Source of the DNA: Verrucomicrobiota bacterium
GTDB lineage: Bacteria > Verrucomicrobiota > Verrucomicrobiia > Chthoniobacterales > UBA10450
Assembly: GCA_003217965.1 (NCBI GenBank)
Contig: QHNB01000228.1
Span: forward strand, 1-43,188
Length of the DNA stretch: 43,188 nt
Direction of reading: 5' to 3'
Both the position numbers and the translations under genes were made by a program. Of the stretch, positions 1-9,066 are shown piece after piece; position 1 is the first letter of the stretch; each line of letters opens with the position of its first letter. Below the pieces are notes generated by a model. That model had not been told where the DNA came from. It did no database searches and saw only the letters and a program-made list of their open reading frames with translations.

Positions 1-758
1 CCGGGGCCGCCGCCGCCGAAACTCCCACCACCAGAACTAAAACTGCCAAAGCCACCGCCGGATGATCCACTGGACCATCCACCGCCTCCCCAGCCACCGG
101 TAATCATTGGGCCGCCAAGGCTGCTATAACGATAGCCACCACGGCGGCGCGAAGCTCGGACAAAGACAAAGAAGAGCACCAGTGCGAAAAGGAAAACGAG
201 AAGCCCGGCCGTGCCTCCGCTTTCGTTGCTCCTGCCGCTGCGCTCGGCATTCGTTCTGCCGGAGCCTTTGTATTCACCGCGAATGGCTTTGCGGATGAGA
301 TCGACCCCAACGGTCAATCCGCCATCGTAGTCCTTGACCCGAAACCGCGGTTTAATATGTCGCTCCGTGATATCAAACGCGGTCACATCCGGAAGGGCAC
401 CTTCCAAGCCATACCCGACCTGGATGAACATCTTGCGGTCCTCGACAAACACGAACAAGACAACGCCGTTGCGGCGGTCTTTCTGCCCAACGCCCCAGGC
501 TTGCGCCACGCGACGGGTATAGTCCTCGATCGACGAATCGCTCTGCATTTTCGGATACACCACGACAAGAACCTGATTCGAGGTGTCCCGCTCGAATTGG
601 GCGAGTTGAAGGTTTAATCGGTCCGCCACTGCCGGTGAGACGACGCCGGCGTAGTCATTGAAATAACGATCCGGCTTTGGCGGGATCACTTCCGCAGCGC
701 GAGAAGTCATCGCTGCGGTCAAAAGCACCACCGCAAAAAACGCGAGCGGTTTTTTCAC
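1..758 (-). CDS. TPM-domain (YgcG-like) membrane protein; C-terminal end runs off the window
   Basis: My own minus-strand translation from GTG at 756-758 gives VKKPLAFFAVVLLTAAMTSRAAEVIPPKPDRYFNDYAGVVSP...NQVLVVVYPKM...GVGQKDRRNGVVLFVFVEDRKMFIQVGYGLEG. A TM helix (LLVFLFALVLFFVFV) and a Gly/Ser/Trp-rich tail follow. It is absent from the ORF track because no stop lies in the window. It follows lemA, the classic LemA-TPM pair. Confidence 0.8.
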   Translation of the reverse strand, partial: MKKPLAFFAVVLLTAAMTSRAAEVIPPKPDRYFNDYAGVVSPAVADRLNLQLAQFERDTSNQVLVVVYPKMQSDSSIEDYTRRVAQAWGVGQKDRRNGVVLFVFVEDRKMFIQVGYGLEGALPDVTAFDITERHIKPRFRVKDYDGGLTVGVDLIRKAIRGEYKGSGRTNAERSGRSNESGGTAGLLVFLFALVLFFVFVRASRRRGGYRYSSLGGPMITGGWGGGGWSSGSSGGGFGSFSSGGGSFGGGGP

Positions 759-800
759 TTCTTCATCACGCCGCTTTCACCTTCCGCGACGCGGGCGATT

Positions 801-1466
801 CTACGGAGTTGCCGTTGCCATCGCGCTCGGCGCCGGCGTCGGACTCCCGAAGTTGAAGTTCACCGTGGGCGCCCTCTCCGCGCCCGGCTGTGACTGGAAG
901 AATGGGCGAGGTTGAAAGCCAAGCACACCGGCGAAGAGGTTCGTCGGAAATATGCGCACTGCGGTGTTGTACTCCTGCACGGCGGTGTTGAAATTGCCGC
1001 GCTCAACCGAGATCCGGTTCTCGGTTCCCTCGAGCTGGGCCTGCAAGTTCTGAAAATTCTCGGTCGCACGCAATTCCGGGTAACGTTCGCTGACCACGAG
1101 CAAACGTGAGAGCGCGTTGCTCAACTGGCCCTGCGCTTGTTGGAATTCTTGGAGTTTGGCTGCGTCAGTCGGTGCCTTGTTCGGATCGAGCGTCATCTGC
1201 ACACGACCGACGCTGGCCCGCGCGTTGGTCACTTCCGTCAGAGTGGATTTTTCGAAATTGGCCGCCCCAGCGACGGTGTTAACCAAATTTGGAATCAGAT
1301 CGGCGCGTCGTTGATAAACATTTTGGACCTGGGCCCAGCTCTGATCCACTTTTTGCTGCAAGCTGACGAGGCGATTGTAGCTGCCAGCAACAGCGCAACC
1401 ACCAATCAAAGCGATAAATACAATGATCGCCGCGATGGCAAGACAACCAAACAAAACTTTACTCAT
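801..1466 (-). CDS. lemA: LemA family membrane protein
   Basis: 221-aa ORF with an N-terminal TM helix. LemA-type motifs are present: YNRLVSLQQKVDQSWAQVQNVYQRRADLIPNLV and ERYPELRATENFQNLQAQLEGTENRISVER. Confidence 0.9.
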   Translation of the reverse strand: MSKVLFGCLAIAAIIVFIALIGGCAVAGSYNRLVSLQQKVDQSWAQVQNVYQRRADLIPNLVNTVAGAANFEKSTLTEVTNARASVGRVQMTLDPNKAPTDAAKLQEFQQAQGQLSNALSRLLVVSERYPELRATENFQNLQAQLEGTENRISVERGNFNTAVQEYNTAVRIFPTNLFAGVLGFQPRPFFQSQPGAERAPTVNFNFGSPTPAPSAMATATP

Positions 1467-1537
1467 ATCAGTGGGATATTAAGGCTGCGCCATTACAGGC
1501 GGTATGCTCTCGATCTTTCAAGGATTGCGCAGCTAAG

Positions 1538-2173
1538 TCAATCCTGCGCGGATGTTTCCGCACCTGGCGCTGATGCGTAAACCCCCTTCGCCGGCTCATC
1601 TCGCGCTCGCGGCAACACACGGGAACGCAATTCCTCCGCGTTCGGAAGTTCATCGAGATTGCGCAGCCCGAAGTGCTCCAAAAAAAAGAGTGTCGTCTCG
1701 TACAATAACGGTCTCCCGGGCAATTCGGCACGCCCACTGATTTTTACCAGCCCGCGCTCCATCAAATTTTGCAAGACGCCGTCGACCGATACGCCACGCA
1801 CGGCTTCGATGTCTGCGCGGGTGATGGGCTGGCGATAGGCAATAATGGCAAGCGTTTCGAGCGCCGGTGGCGAGAGCCGGGGCGGTTTCGTTTCCGGGAA
1901 AAGCTGGCGCACCCATCGCGCACAATCGGGATGGCTGACCAACTGCCACCCCTCGGCCTTTTCCAACAGCATAAAACCACGCATCTGCTGCGAGTATTCC
2001 ATCTTCAATTGCTCGAGCACGGCGGCAATTTCCGGCTCCTTCACCTGCACAAATTCATTCGGCACGAGCTGGTCCGATTCGGATGGCCCGGTCAAAGCAT
2101 CGCGAAGTTCACGCGTGCTCAGTGGTTTCTGCGCGCTGAATAAGAGGGCTTCGAGTGCTTGCGTGAGCGTCAT
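1538..2173 (-). CDS. scpB: Segregation and condensation protein B
   Basis: 211-aa ORF. It carries an ALEALLFSAQKPLS start and IAYRQPITRADIEAVRGV...LMERGLV winged-helix repeats typical of ScpB. Confidence 0.85.
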   Translation of the reverse strand: MTLTQALEALLFSAQKPLSTRELRDALTGPSESDQLVPNEFVQVKEPEIAAVLEQLKMEYSQQMRGFMLLEKAEGWQLVSHPDCARWVRQLFPETKPPRLSPPALETLAIIAYRQPITRADIEAVRGVSVDGVLQNLMERGLVKISGRAELPGRPLLYETTLFFLEHFGLRNLDELPNAEELRSRVLPRARDEPAKGVYASAPGAETSAQD

Positions 2174-2182
2174 GTCTTATCC

Positions 2183-2290
2183 GTCATTCCGAGCGGAGCG
2201 AGGGACCTCGCATAACTGCAGCCGCTACTCTAATTATCAGGTACGCCGCACCATCTGTCGTGAGGTTCCTCACTTGGTTCGAGATGATTC
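2183..2290. repeat. Intergenic inverted pair of a ~30-nt repeat (GTCATTCCGAGCGGAGCGAGGGACCTCGCA family)
   Basis: Copy A is at 2183-2212. Copy B is at 2259-2288; its reverse complement ATCATCTCGAACCAAGTGAGGAACCTCACG matches A at 20/30 positions, and the differences are mostly transitions. The same family recurs at 6245-6335. Confidence 0.65.
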
Positions 2291-2308
2291 TGAGTTCAGA
2301 CATCGCGT

Positions 2309-3685
2309 CTAGTTTGCCCCAATCGCGTTTTCAATTGCCTCGGCAATTCGATTGGCTTGGCGATCGATTTCTTCCCGCTCACGACCCTCAATCAGCAGCC
2401 GAATCTTTGGCTCGGTTCCGGAATAACGCAGCAGAACGCGTCCTTTGCCGGAAAGCTTCTTTTCCGTTTCGCCCACCAGCTCCATCACGTCCGGAAGCTG
2501 ATCGAGCGGCGGTTTACTTCTGACCCGCAAATTGCGCTGCGCCTGTGGGTATTTTTGTAAGCAGCCTTTTAGTTTGCTCAGCGGCTGGCCGCTTTCTTTC
2601 ATGATCCGCAAAATCTGAAGCGCGCTGATGATGCCATCGCCGGTGGTGGTGAAATCACGAAAGATCATGTGCCCGCTTTGCTCGCCGCCGACGTTCAGGT
2701 TTTGCGCAACCATTTCTTCGAGCACGTAACGATCGCCTACTTTAGTACGAATGACTTTCCCGCCGTGAGGGGCAAGCGCCTCCTCCAGAGCAAAGTTGCT
2801 CATAACCGTGGCAACAAGGGTGTTATTTCGCAATCGTTTCGCCCGCAGCAAATCAACGCTCGCGATGGCAAGAATTTCGTCGCCGTCGACCAGTTCGCCG
2901 TTTTCATCGCAGAGCAGGACACGGTCGGCATCTCCGTCGTGAGTGATCCCGACATAGGCGTGTGACTCTTTGACGAAGCGCTGGATTTCCTCCGGATGCA
3001 TGCTGCCACAGCCAGCATTGATGTTGGTACCGTTGGGCGTGTTGTGGGTGACCACGATCTCGGCGCCGAGCTCGCGCAAAATGCACGGGGTGGATTTATA
3101 GGCGGCGCCGTTCGCGACATCGACCGCAACGCGCATCTTTTCTAGCGATAAACCACGCGGGAAGCTCGCCTTGGCAAATTCGACATAACGACCCAAGGCG
3201 TCGTCGATCCTGGTCGCACGTCCGATTTTTTCCGCGCGTGGCCGGATCGCATCAATCTCGCCGGTGAATACAAGCTGCTCGATCTGTTGTTCGACCTGGT
3301 CGTCGAGTTTGTAGCCGTCGTGCCGGAAAAACTTGATGCCATTGTCTTCGTAGGAATTGTGCGAGGCCGAGAGCACGATCCCAGCGTCGGCTCGGAGCGA
3401 ACGGGTAATGTAAGCGACCCCGGGCGTTGGTAGTGGGCCAATGACCAAAACGTCAACGCCCAGCGAGGTGATACCGGCGACGAGGGCATTTTCCAGCATG
3501 TAGCCGGAAAGACGCGTGTCCTTACCGAGCACAATCTTGGGGCGCGCTCCGCTCGGATGTTCCCGCGGATTAATCTTTGCGAAGACATGCGCGGCGGCAC
3601 GGCCCAGCTTCAGCGCCGTCTCGGCCGTGACTGGTTCAACATTGGCAATCCCACGGACGCCATCAGTGCCGAATAATTTTTTCGT
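2309..3685 (-). CDS. glmM: Phosphoglucosamine mutase (start codon unresolved; frame is open only up to 3685)
   Basis: The ORF-track piece 2309..3532 contains the active-site loop SASHNSYEDNGIK and the Mg loop GITHDGDADR. The same frame continues upstream and encodes (T)KKLFGTDGVRGIANVEPVTAETALKLG, the conserved GlmM N-terminus. No ATG, GTG or TTG precedes that motif. Confidence 0.9.
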   Translation of the reverse strand, partial: TKKLFGTDGVRGIANVEPVTAETALKLGRAAAHVFAKINPREHPSGARPKIVLGKDTRLSGYMLENALVAGITSLGVDVLVIGPLPTPGVAYITRSLRADAGIVLSASHNSYEDNGIKFFRHDGYKLDDQVEQQIEQLVFTGEIDAIRPRAEKIGRATRIDDALGRYVEFAKASFPRGLSLEKMRVAVDVANGAAYKSTPCILRELGAEIVVTHNTPNGTNINAGCGSMHPEEIQRFVKESHAYVGITHDGDADRVLLCDENGELVDGDEILAIASVDLLRAKRLRNNTLVATVMSNFALEEALAPHGGKVIRTKVGDRYVLEEMVAQNLNVGGEQSGHMIFRDFTTTGDGIISALQILRIMKESGQPLSKLKGCLQKYPQAQRNLRVRSKPPLDQLPDVMELVGETEKKLSGKGRVLLRYSGTEPKIRLLIEGREREEIDRQANRIAEAIENAIGAN

Positions 3686-5027
3686 TTAATTTTCGGTGCA
3701 AGGTGCGCCGGCTGATTCCCAGCCTTTTCGCCGCAGCAGTAATGTTGCCATTGGTCGCCGCCAGCGCCTGCGTAATCAATCGCTTTTCCGTTTCGCCAAG
3801 GTCGAGAGGGTTGACGACTTCCGATGTGGCGGCCGCCCCAGTCGCCACGCTGGCCGACTGCCGAATTGCCGCTGGCAGATCGCGCAAGGTGACTTTCGGT
3901 CCGCTCGCCATTACCACTCCGTGCTCGATCGCAGTGCGCAACTCGCGGATATTGCCGGGCCAATCGTAGCCAAGAAGGACGTTCATCGCATCGGAGGTGA
4001 TATCCACCACCGGTTTGTCATTTAGCTTCGAGAAGTGTCGCAAAAAGGCGCGCACTAAAAGTGGTATGTCTTCCTTGCGGGCGCGCAACGGAGGCATGGT
4101 GATGCGCACGACATTGAGACGAAAATAGAGATCATCGCGGAATTTTCCTTCGCGCACCAGTTGCTCGAGATTCTTGTTTGTCGCCGCGATGACGCGCACG
4201 TCTGCCTTCAACGTCTGAGATCCTCCTACGCGCTCGAACGCGCGTTGTTCGCTCATTACCCGCAGCAGTTTCACCTGCGTGCTCGGCTCAATCTCTCCGA
4301 TTTCATCGAGAAAAATGGTGCCACCATTTGCTTGCTCAAATCTTCCGATGCGACGCTCGTGGGCGCCGGTAAATGCCCCGCGTTCGTGCCCGAATAACTC
4401 ACTCTCGAGCAGGGTTGGGGACAAGGCCGCGCAATGCACAGCGACGAATTTGGCCTTGTTCCGCCGGCTTAAATTGTGAATCGCGTGCGCGGCCAATTCC
4501 TTTCCCGTACCACTCTGCCCCTCGATTAATACGTTGGCCGAGGAAGGCGCGACTTGACGGATGGTATCGAGCACTTCGCGTAGCGCGACGGATTCGCCGA
4601 GGATGTTTTCGAGCCCATAGCGTTCATCAATCTGCTGACGCAAGCTCCGGTTCTCCTGCTCTATTCGCCGTGATTGCAGAGCGCGCGCAATCAAGATCTC
4701 GACCTTGTCCAGATTGAGTGGCTTGGTCACAAAATCGTAGGCCCCTCGCTTCATGGCCTCGACCGCAGTATCAACTGAGCCGTAGGCGGTCATCATGATA
4801 CAAATTGGGGGCTGCGGAAGCTTGAGCGCGCGATCGATCAACTGCATCCCATCTTCGCCACCGAGCCGGAGATCAGTGAGGATGACATCAATTGTCTCCC
4901 GCTCCAGTACGCTAATCGCCCCACCGATATCTTCGGCAACATAGACGTCGTACTCTTCTTCGAGCAGACGGCGCAGCCCGTCCCGGGTATGCTTTTCGTC
5001 GTCAACAATAAGGATCGTTGGCTGCAT
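3663..5027 (-). CDS. Sigma-54-dependent response regulator (REC + AAA+ enhancer-binding domain + Fis-type HTH), NtrC family
   Basis: 454 aa. The REC domain shows ILIVDDE...DVILTDLRL. Walker A is GQSGTGKE and the sigma-54 contact loop is ERGAFTGA. The C-terminal HTH is GNITAAAKRLGISRRTLHRKL. Confidence 0.92.
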   Translation of the reverse strand: MQPTILIVDDEKHTRDGLRRLLEEEYDVYVAEDIGGAISVLERETIDVILTDLRLGGEDGMQLIDRALKLPQPPICIMMTAYGSVDTAVEAMKRGAYDFVTKPLNLDKVEILIARALQSRRIEQENRSLRQQIDERYGLENILGESVALREVLDTIRQVAPSSANVLIEGQSGTGKELAAHAIHNLSRRNKAKFVAVHCAALSPTLLESELFGHERGAFTGAHERRIGRFEQANGGTIFLDEIGEIEPSTQVKLLRVMSEQRAFERVGGSQTLKADVRVIAATNKNLEQLVREGKFRDDLYFRLNVVRITMPPLRARKEDIPLLVRAFLRHFSKLNDKPVVDITSDAMNVLLGYDWPGNIRELRTAIEHGVVMASGPKVTLRDLPAAIRQSASVATGAAATSEVVNPLDLGETEKRLITQALAATNGNITAAAKRLGISRRTLHRKLNEKIIRH

Positions 5028-5035
5028 CCTCGGCT

Positions 5036-6238
5036 TCAGCCTTGATCCTTCGTTCCCTCTCTTTTCCCCGCCTCAAGCATGCGCACACGTTGATCCTTGA
5101 AGGGTAACCGAATCGTCAGCGTTAATCCCTTGCCTTCGGCACTCTCGATCGCGAGCTCACCTCCGTGTTCGCGTACGATCCTGCGCACAATCAACAGGCC
5201 GAGGCCGGAGCCGCTCGATTTGGTCGTGTAATACGGCTCGAAGACACGACTTAACGCTTCGGCCGACATGCCGCCACCGTTATCGGTAAAACTCACGCGC
5301 ACGTGGCTATCGTCCATATCGGTGCGAATGCGCAAGATGCCGCGCCGCTTCATCGCTTCAAAGCTGTTCTTGATGATGTTGTAAAAGGCCTGCTTCATCT
5401 GATCGCGATCGATTTGGACGAGAGGCAGGTCGGAACGGGGCTCGCTTTCAACCACGATGTCGCGCGCCTCAATTTCCGGGGCGAAGAAATGCAGTGTCTC
5501 CTCGACGATGGCGTTGATGTTTGCCGGCTGCAGCTGCGGCTTCGAGGGCCGAATAGCGCGCAGGAACTGAGTCACGATCGAATCCAGCCGGCCGATTTCG
5601 TCACGTGCGACCTTGATTGATTGCCCGAGCTCGTCTCGCTCTTGGCCCTTCAATTTCCGAGCCGCGCGTTCCATCAGCTGAAGATGAATGTTTAATGAAT
5701 TCAGAGGATTTCCGATTTCATGCGCGACGCCGGCAGCGAGCAGAGTCAGGGCATTCAAGCGCTCGCTTTCAATCGTTTTTTCGGCGGTGCGACGGCTTTC
5801 CGTGATATCGCGCAAGATAATAGCGTAGCCAACCTGGTGCCCTGCCCCATCGGCCTGCACATCTTCTGCGCGATGCTCGATCATCAAGGGCACGATGTAG
5901 AAGTTGATGAATCGGTTCGATGGATAAAAAATTTCGAGATCGCGCGTGACCGGCCCGCCGCTTCTGGTCAGCGAATGCCAGTCCAGACCACGCACCCGCT
6001 CGTCAAGCTTCTTGCCAATCGAGTCTTCGGCATCCAACCCGAAAAGTTCGCAGGCAGCATCGTTCATGTAAGTGATTTTGCCGCTGGAATCGGTGACAAT
6101 GATCCCTTCCTGGATCGCGTTGAAAACGGTTTCGAGGAATCCTTTTTCCTGCGCCAGACGCAGCAAATAATTCTGGACATCTTCCGGCCCAATCTTGCCG
6201 AGGCGACCGATCAGTTTTGCGAGAAAGCCGGATTTCAT
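5036..6238 (-). CDS. Soluble PAS-domain sensor histidine kinase (NtrB-like)
   Basis: 400 aa with no obvious TM segment. PAS region is IIVTDSSGKITYMNDAACELFG, H-box is GVAHEIGNPLNSL, N box is YNIIKNSFEAM, and G boxes are DNGGGM and GSGLGL. It lies 8 nt upstream of the response regulator, with a GAGG Shine-Dalgarno before that ATG. Confidence 0.88.
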   Translation of the reverse strand: MKSGFLAKLIGRLGKIGPEDVQNYLLRLAQEKGFLETVFNAIQEGIIVTDSSGKITYMNDAACELFGLDAEDSIGKKLDERVRGLDWHSLTRSGGPVTRDLEIFYPSNRFINFYIVPLMIEHRAEDVQADGAGHQVGYAIILRDITESRRTAEKTIESERLNALTLLAAGVAHEIGNPLNSLNIHLQLMERAARKLKGQERDELGQSIKVARDEIGRLDSIVTQFLRAIRPSKPQLQPANINAIVEETLHFFAPEIEARDIVVESEPRSDLPLVQIDRDQMKQAFYNIIKNSFEAMKRRGILRIRTDMDDSHVRVSFTDNGGGMSAEALSRVFEPYYTTKSSGSGLGLLIVRRIVREHGGELAIESAEGKGLTLTIRLPFKDQRVRMLEAGKREGTKDQG

Positions 6239-6244
6239 ATCGCT

Positions 6245-6335
6245 GTCATCCTGAGCGGAGTGAAGGATCTCTCAGTGAATCGAGAGATTTCTCGTAGGGG
6301 CCGACCCTGAGCACGGTCGAAGGGCTCGCAATGAC
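6245..6335. repeat. Intergenic repeat cluster of the GTCATYCYGAGCGGAG family
   Basis: 6245-6274 (GTCATCCTGAGCGGAGTGAAGGATCTCTCA) is 24/30 identical to 2183-2212. 6302-6335 (CGACCCTGAGCACGGTCGAAGGGCTCGCAATGAC) shares the CCTGAGC..GAAGG.CTC.CA core and ends in the inverted GTCAT head. An internal hairpin GGATCTCTC/GAGAGATTT sits at 6265-6292. Confidence 0.6.
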
Positions 6336-6338
6336 AAA

Positions 6339-6403
6339 CCTGTAGTGGCGGCTATTCCGGACCGAAGCCGGAGGACTGCCGCGGTCGGCGACCGCGGCTA
6401 CAG
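6339..6403. repeat. REP-like element: inverted CTGTAG/CTACAG ends enclosing two GC-rich hairpins
   Basis: CCTGTAG lies at 6339-6345 and CTACAG at 6398-6403. The first hairpin is TCCGG-ACCGAAG-CCGGA (6356-6372). A 19-nt near-perfect palindrome CCGCGGTCG-G-CGACCGCGG sits at 6379-6397. It lies directly downstream of the pnp stop. Confidence 0.6.
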
Positions 6404-6411
6404 CTTGCCAA

Positions 6412-8565
6412 TTAGCCGACACCATTGTGCCCGGCGGCCACCGGCTGTCCTGTCTCCGCTTCCGCCCGCTCCTTCAGCGCCGCCTTGCGCGAAAGTTTCA
6501 CACGTCCCTTGTCATCAATCCCGATGCATTTCACCCAAATGATGTCGCCAACCTTCGCCACATCCTCCGTTCGCTTCACCCGAAAATCAGCCAGCTCCGA
6601 AATGTGGACCAGCCCATCTTTGCCTGGGAACACTTCCACAAACGCGCCGAATTCCTTGGTCGAAACGACACGGCCCTGATAGGTCTGGCCGATCTCAATC
6701 TCGCGCGTCATGCCGGAGATGATTTCCTTGGCTCGCGCCATCGATTCGCCATTGGTCGCGTAAATGTGCACCGACCCATCGTCTTCGATATTAATTTCCG
6801 CGCCGGTTTCAGCCACGATTCCTTTGATCGTTTTGCCGCCCGGGCCGATGAGCGCACCAATTTTCTCAGGGTTGATCTTGATCGTTTCGATCCGGGGCGC
6901 GTATTTGCTGAGCTCGCTCCGCGGTTTCGCAATCGTTTCCTGCATGATCGCCAAGATTTTCGCGCGCGCTTCTTTCGCGCGATAAATCGCCTCTGCCAGA
7001 ATTTTACGGCTAATTCCGGGGAGTTTGAGATCGAGTTGATAACCGGTGACGCCAGTGGCCGTGCCGCAGAGTTTGAAATCCATGTCCCCGAAATGATCTT
7101 CCGAACCAATAATATCGGTGAGAAGCTCATAACGTTTCAGTTGTTCGTCCTCGTATTCCGTTACCAGTCCGACAGAAATTCCGGCAACCGTTCCCTTCAC
7201 CGGCACTCCGGCATCCAGTAGCGCAAGCATCCCACCGCAAACACTTGCCATTGAAGTCGACCCGTTCGATTCCATCACCTCGCTTGATACGCGAATGGCG
7301 TAACGGAAATCGTTTTCGCTCGGGACGATCGGTTCGAGTGAACGTTCCGCCAACGCGCCGTGGCCAATCTCACGCCGGCTGGCTCCGCCAAAACGCCCCG
7401 TCTCGCCCACGCTGAATGGCGGGAAATTGTAGTGTAACAGGAAATGCTTTGATTGTTCGCCACCGCCATAGGCATCGATCATTTGCGCCTCCTCGATGGG
7501 CGCGAGAGTCGCGAGAGCGAGGGCTTGCGTTTCGCCCCGCTGAAAAATGGCCGAGCCGTGCGCACGCGGGAGAACGCTGACTTCGCACGAAATCGGTCGC
7601 AAATCCTGGTATCCACGGCCATCCACTCGTTTGCGCTTCTCCAGAACGCTGATGCGAAAAGCTTTTTTCTGCACATAATCGAAGGCCTGCGTGATCGCGA
7701 AACTGTCCGCTTCCGCATGTTTCTCCAGGATCGCTTTCTTCACTTCTTCGCGAAGAGCTTCGACAGCTTTTGCGCGCGCCACTTTGCCTTCGGTGTAAAG
7801 GGCGCCTTCGATCCGGTCGCCCGCCACCTTATACGCGATGTCGAGTAGATCGCGATTCACTTCCAAGAGCGGCATTGCGCGCTTCGGTTTGCCGACTTTC
7901 GCCGCTAGCTCCCTCTGACTGCGAATCATCTCGCGCGCATGCCCATGGGCGAACTCCAGCGCTTTAACGAATTCCTCCTCCGGTAATTCATTCGCCGCCC
8001 CTTCGATCATGATGACGTCGTTCTCTGTGCCGACGTAAACGAGATCGAGATCGCTTTGCTCTCGCTGGGTGTGGGTTGGATTCGCTACGAACTCACCCTT
8101 GACCCGACCAACCCGCACCGCGCCGATCGGCCCATTGAATGGGATATCTGACACGCAAAGCGCAGCTGAAGCGCCGTTAATTGAAAGAATGTCCGGGTCA
8201 TTCTCGCCGTCGGCGCTGAGCAGGATCGAAATGATCTGGGTATCGTAAAAATAGCCTTGAGGAAAAAGAGGACGCAGCGGCCGATCAGTCATCCTCGAAG
8301 TAAGCGTTTCCTTCTCACTTGGACGGCCTTCCCGTTTAAAATAGCCGCCCGGAAACTTTCCCGCGGCCGCGGCTTTCTCGCGATAATCGACGGTGAGGGG
8401 AAAAAAATCCTGCCCTTCCTTAATCGTGGTGGCTGAGACCGCGCTCGCCATGACGATAGTGTCGCCGCTGGAAACAACGACTGAGCCGTCGGCCAGCTTC
8501 GCGATCTTGCCTGTTTCTATGGATATATTGTGGGCGCCAATTTGCGCTGTGACCTTATGTTGCAT
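6412..8565 (-). CDS. pnp: Polynucleotide phosphorylase
   Basis: Two RNase PH domains are present, plus a KH domain ([12 protein letters not shown]) and an S1 domain ([20 protein letters not shown]). I place the start at ATG 8565 ([10 protein letters not shown]...), preceded by AGGAAAG. The ORF-track start at 8622 adds 19 non-conserved residues. Confidence 0.95.
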   Translation of the reverse strand: MQHKVTAQIGAHNISIETGKIAKLADGSVVVSSGDTIVMASAVSATTIKEGQDFFPLTVDYREKAAAAGKFPGGYFKREGRPSEKETLTSRMTDRPLRPLFPQGYFYDTQIISILLSADGENDPDILSINGASAALCVSDIPFNGPIGAVRVGRVKGEFVANPTHTQREQSDLDLVYVGTENDVIMIEGAANELPEEEFVKALEFAHGHAREMIRSQRELAAKVGKPKRAMPLLEVNRDLLDIAYKVAGDRIEGALYTEGKVARAKAVEALREEVKKAILEKHAEADSFAITQAFDYVQKKAFRISVLEKRKRVDGRGYQDLRPISCEVSVLPRAHGSAIFQRGETQALALATLAPIEEAQMIDAYGGGEQSKHFLLHYNFPPFSVGETGRFGGASRREIGHGALAERSLEPIVPSENDFRYAIRVSSEVMESNGSTSMASVCGGMLALLDAGVPVKGTVAGISVGLVTEYEDEQLKRYELLTDIIGSEDHFGDMDFKLCGTATGVTGYQLDLKLPGISRKILAEAIYRAKEARAKILAIMQETIAKPRSELSKYAPRIETIKINPEKIGALIGPGGKTIKGIVAETGAEINIEDDGSVHIYATNGESMARAKEIISGMTREIEIGQTYQGRVVSTKEFGAFVEVFPGKDGLVHISELADFRVKRTEDVAKVGDIIWVKCIGIDDKGRVKLSRKAALKERAEAETGQPVAAGHNGVG

Positions 8566-8622
8566 TTTAACTTTCCTGGATGTGCAAGAATCCAGGCCGG
8601 TCACCCTGATTGTAGGTGTCAA

Positions 8623-8728
8623 TTCCGCTCTGAGCGGCGCTGAAACCTAAAACCCAAGGTGCCGTTTCGGCCTGGTCTGCGGTTTATCTGTCGTTCAGCT
8701 TCGAAACGAAGCGATGGCGCAGTCGCGG
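8623..8728 (-). promoter_or_regulatory. rpsO-pnp intergenic leader with hairpins (candidate rpsO attenuator/terminator and pnp 5' processing region)
   Basis: On the minus strand, 16 nt after the rpsO stop, is GCTTCG-TTT-CGAAGC (8698-8712). A further small stem GCCG-AAA-CGGC is present. The function is inferred by analogy with the structured, RNase III-processed rpsO-pnp leader of E. coli. Confidence 0.4.
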
Positions 8729-8992
8729 CTACTTCCGCAAGTTGAGCTTGTCGATCACCTTTCGATATCGATCGCTTTTCGAGCGACTCAGGTAATCGAG
8801 CAAGCTGCGCCGGTGGGCGACCATCTTCAGGAGGCCGCGCCGCGAAGAATGATCCTTCGCGTTGGTCTTTAGGTGTTCGGTGAGCTGCGCGATCCGTCGG
8901 GTTAGCAACGCGACTTGCACGTCTGCGCTCCCGGTGTCTTTCTCGTGCAGCTGGAACTCCTTAAGATCCACCGCTTCGATGTTCTCTGCCAT
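8729..8992 (-). CDS. rpsO: 30S ribosomal protein S15
   Basis: 87 aa. It shows [49 protein letters not shown], the canonical S15 sequence. The rpsO-pnp order is conserved. Confidence 0.95.
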   Translation of the reverse strand: MAENIEAVDLKEFQLHEKDTGSADVQVALLTRRIAQLTEHLKTNAKDHSSRRGLLKMVAHRRSLLDYLSRSKSDRYRKVIDKLNLRK

Positions 8993-9066
8993 AACGAAGC
9001 GGCTATTGTAGATGAAGAATGGCTGGCTGCAAGTCGCTCTCGTTGCCTTGTAGGTGCTGCTGCGTT

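Noticed and set aside
3663-3690. Programmed +1 frameshift on the A6 run (GAAAAAATT) that would fuse the response regulator to GlmM.
   Set aside because: GlmM lies in the +1 frame relative to the regulator, and A-run slippage signals are classically -1. No stimulatory structure is evident. A 900-aa EBP-GlmM fusion has no precedent that I know of. A near-cognate ACG start or a base error is a simpler explanation.
8566-8622. 19-codon N-terminal extension of pnp in the ORF track (MTPTIRVTGLDSCTSRKVK).
   Set aside because: The PNPase homology begins at [10 protein letters not shown], and ATG 8565 has an AGGAAAG ribosome-binding site 8 nt upstream. The extension is probably just open frame.
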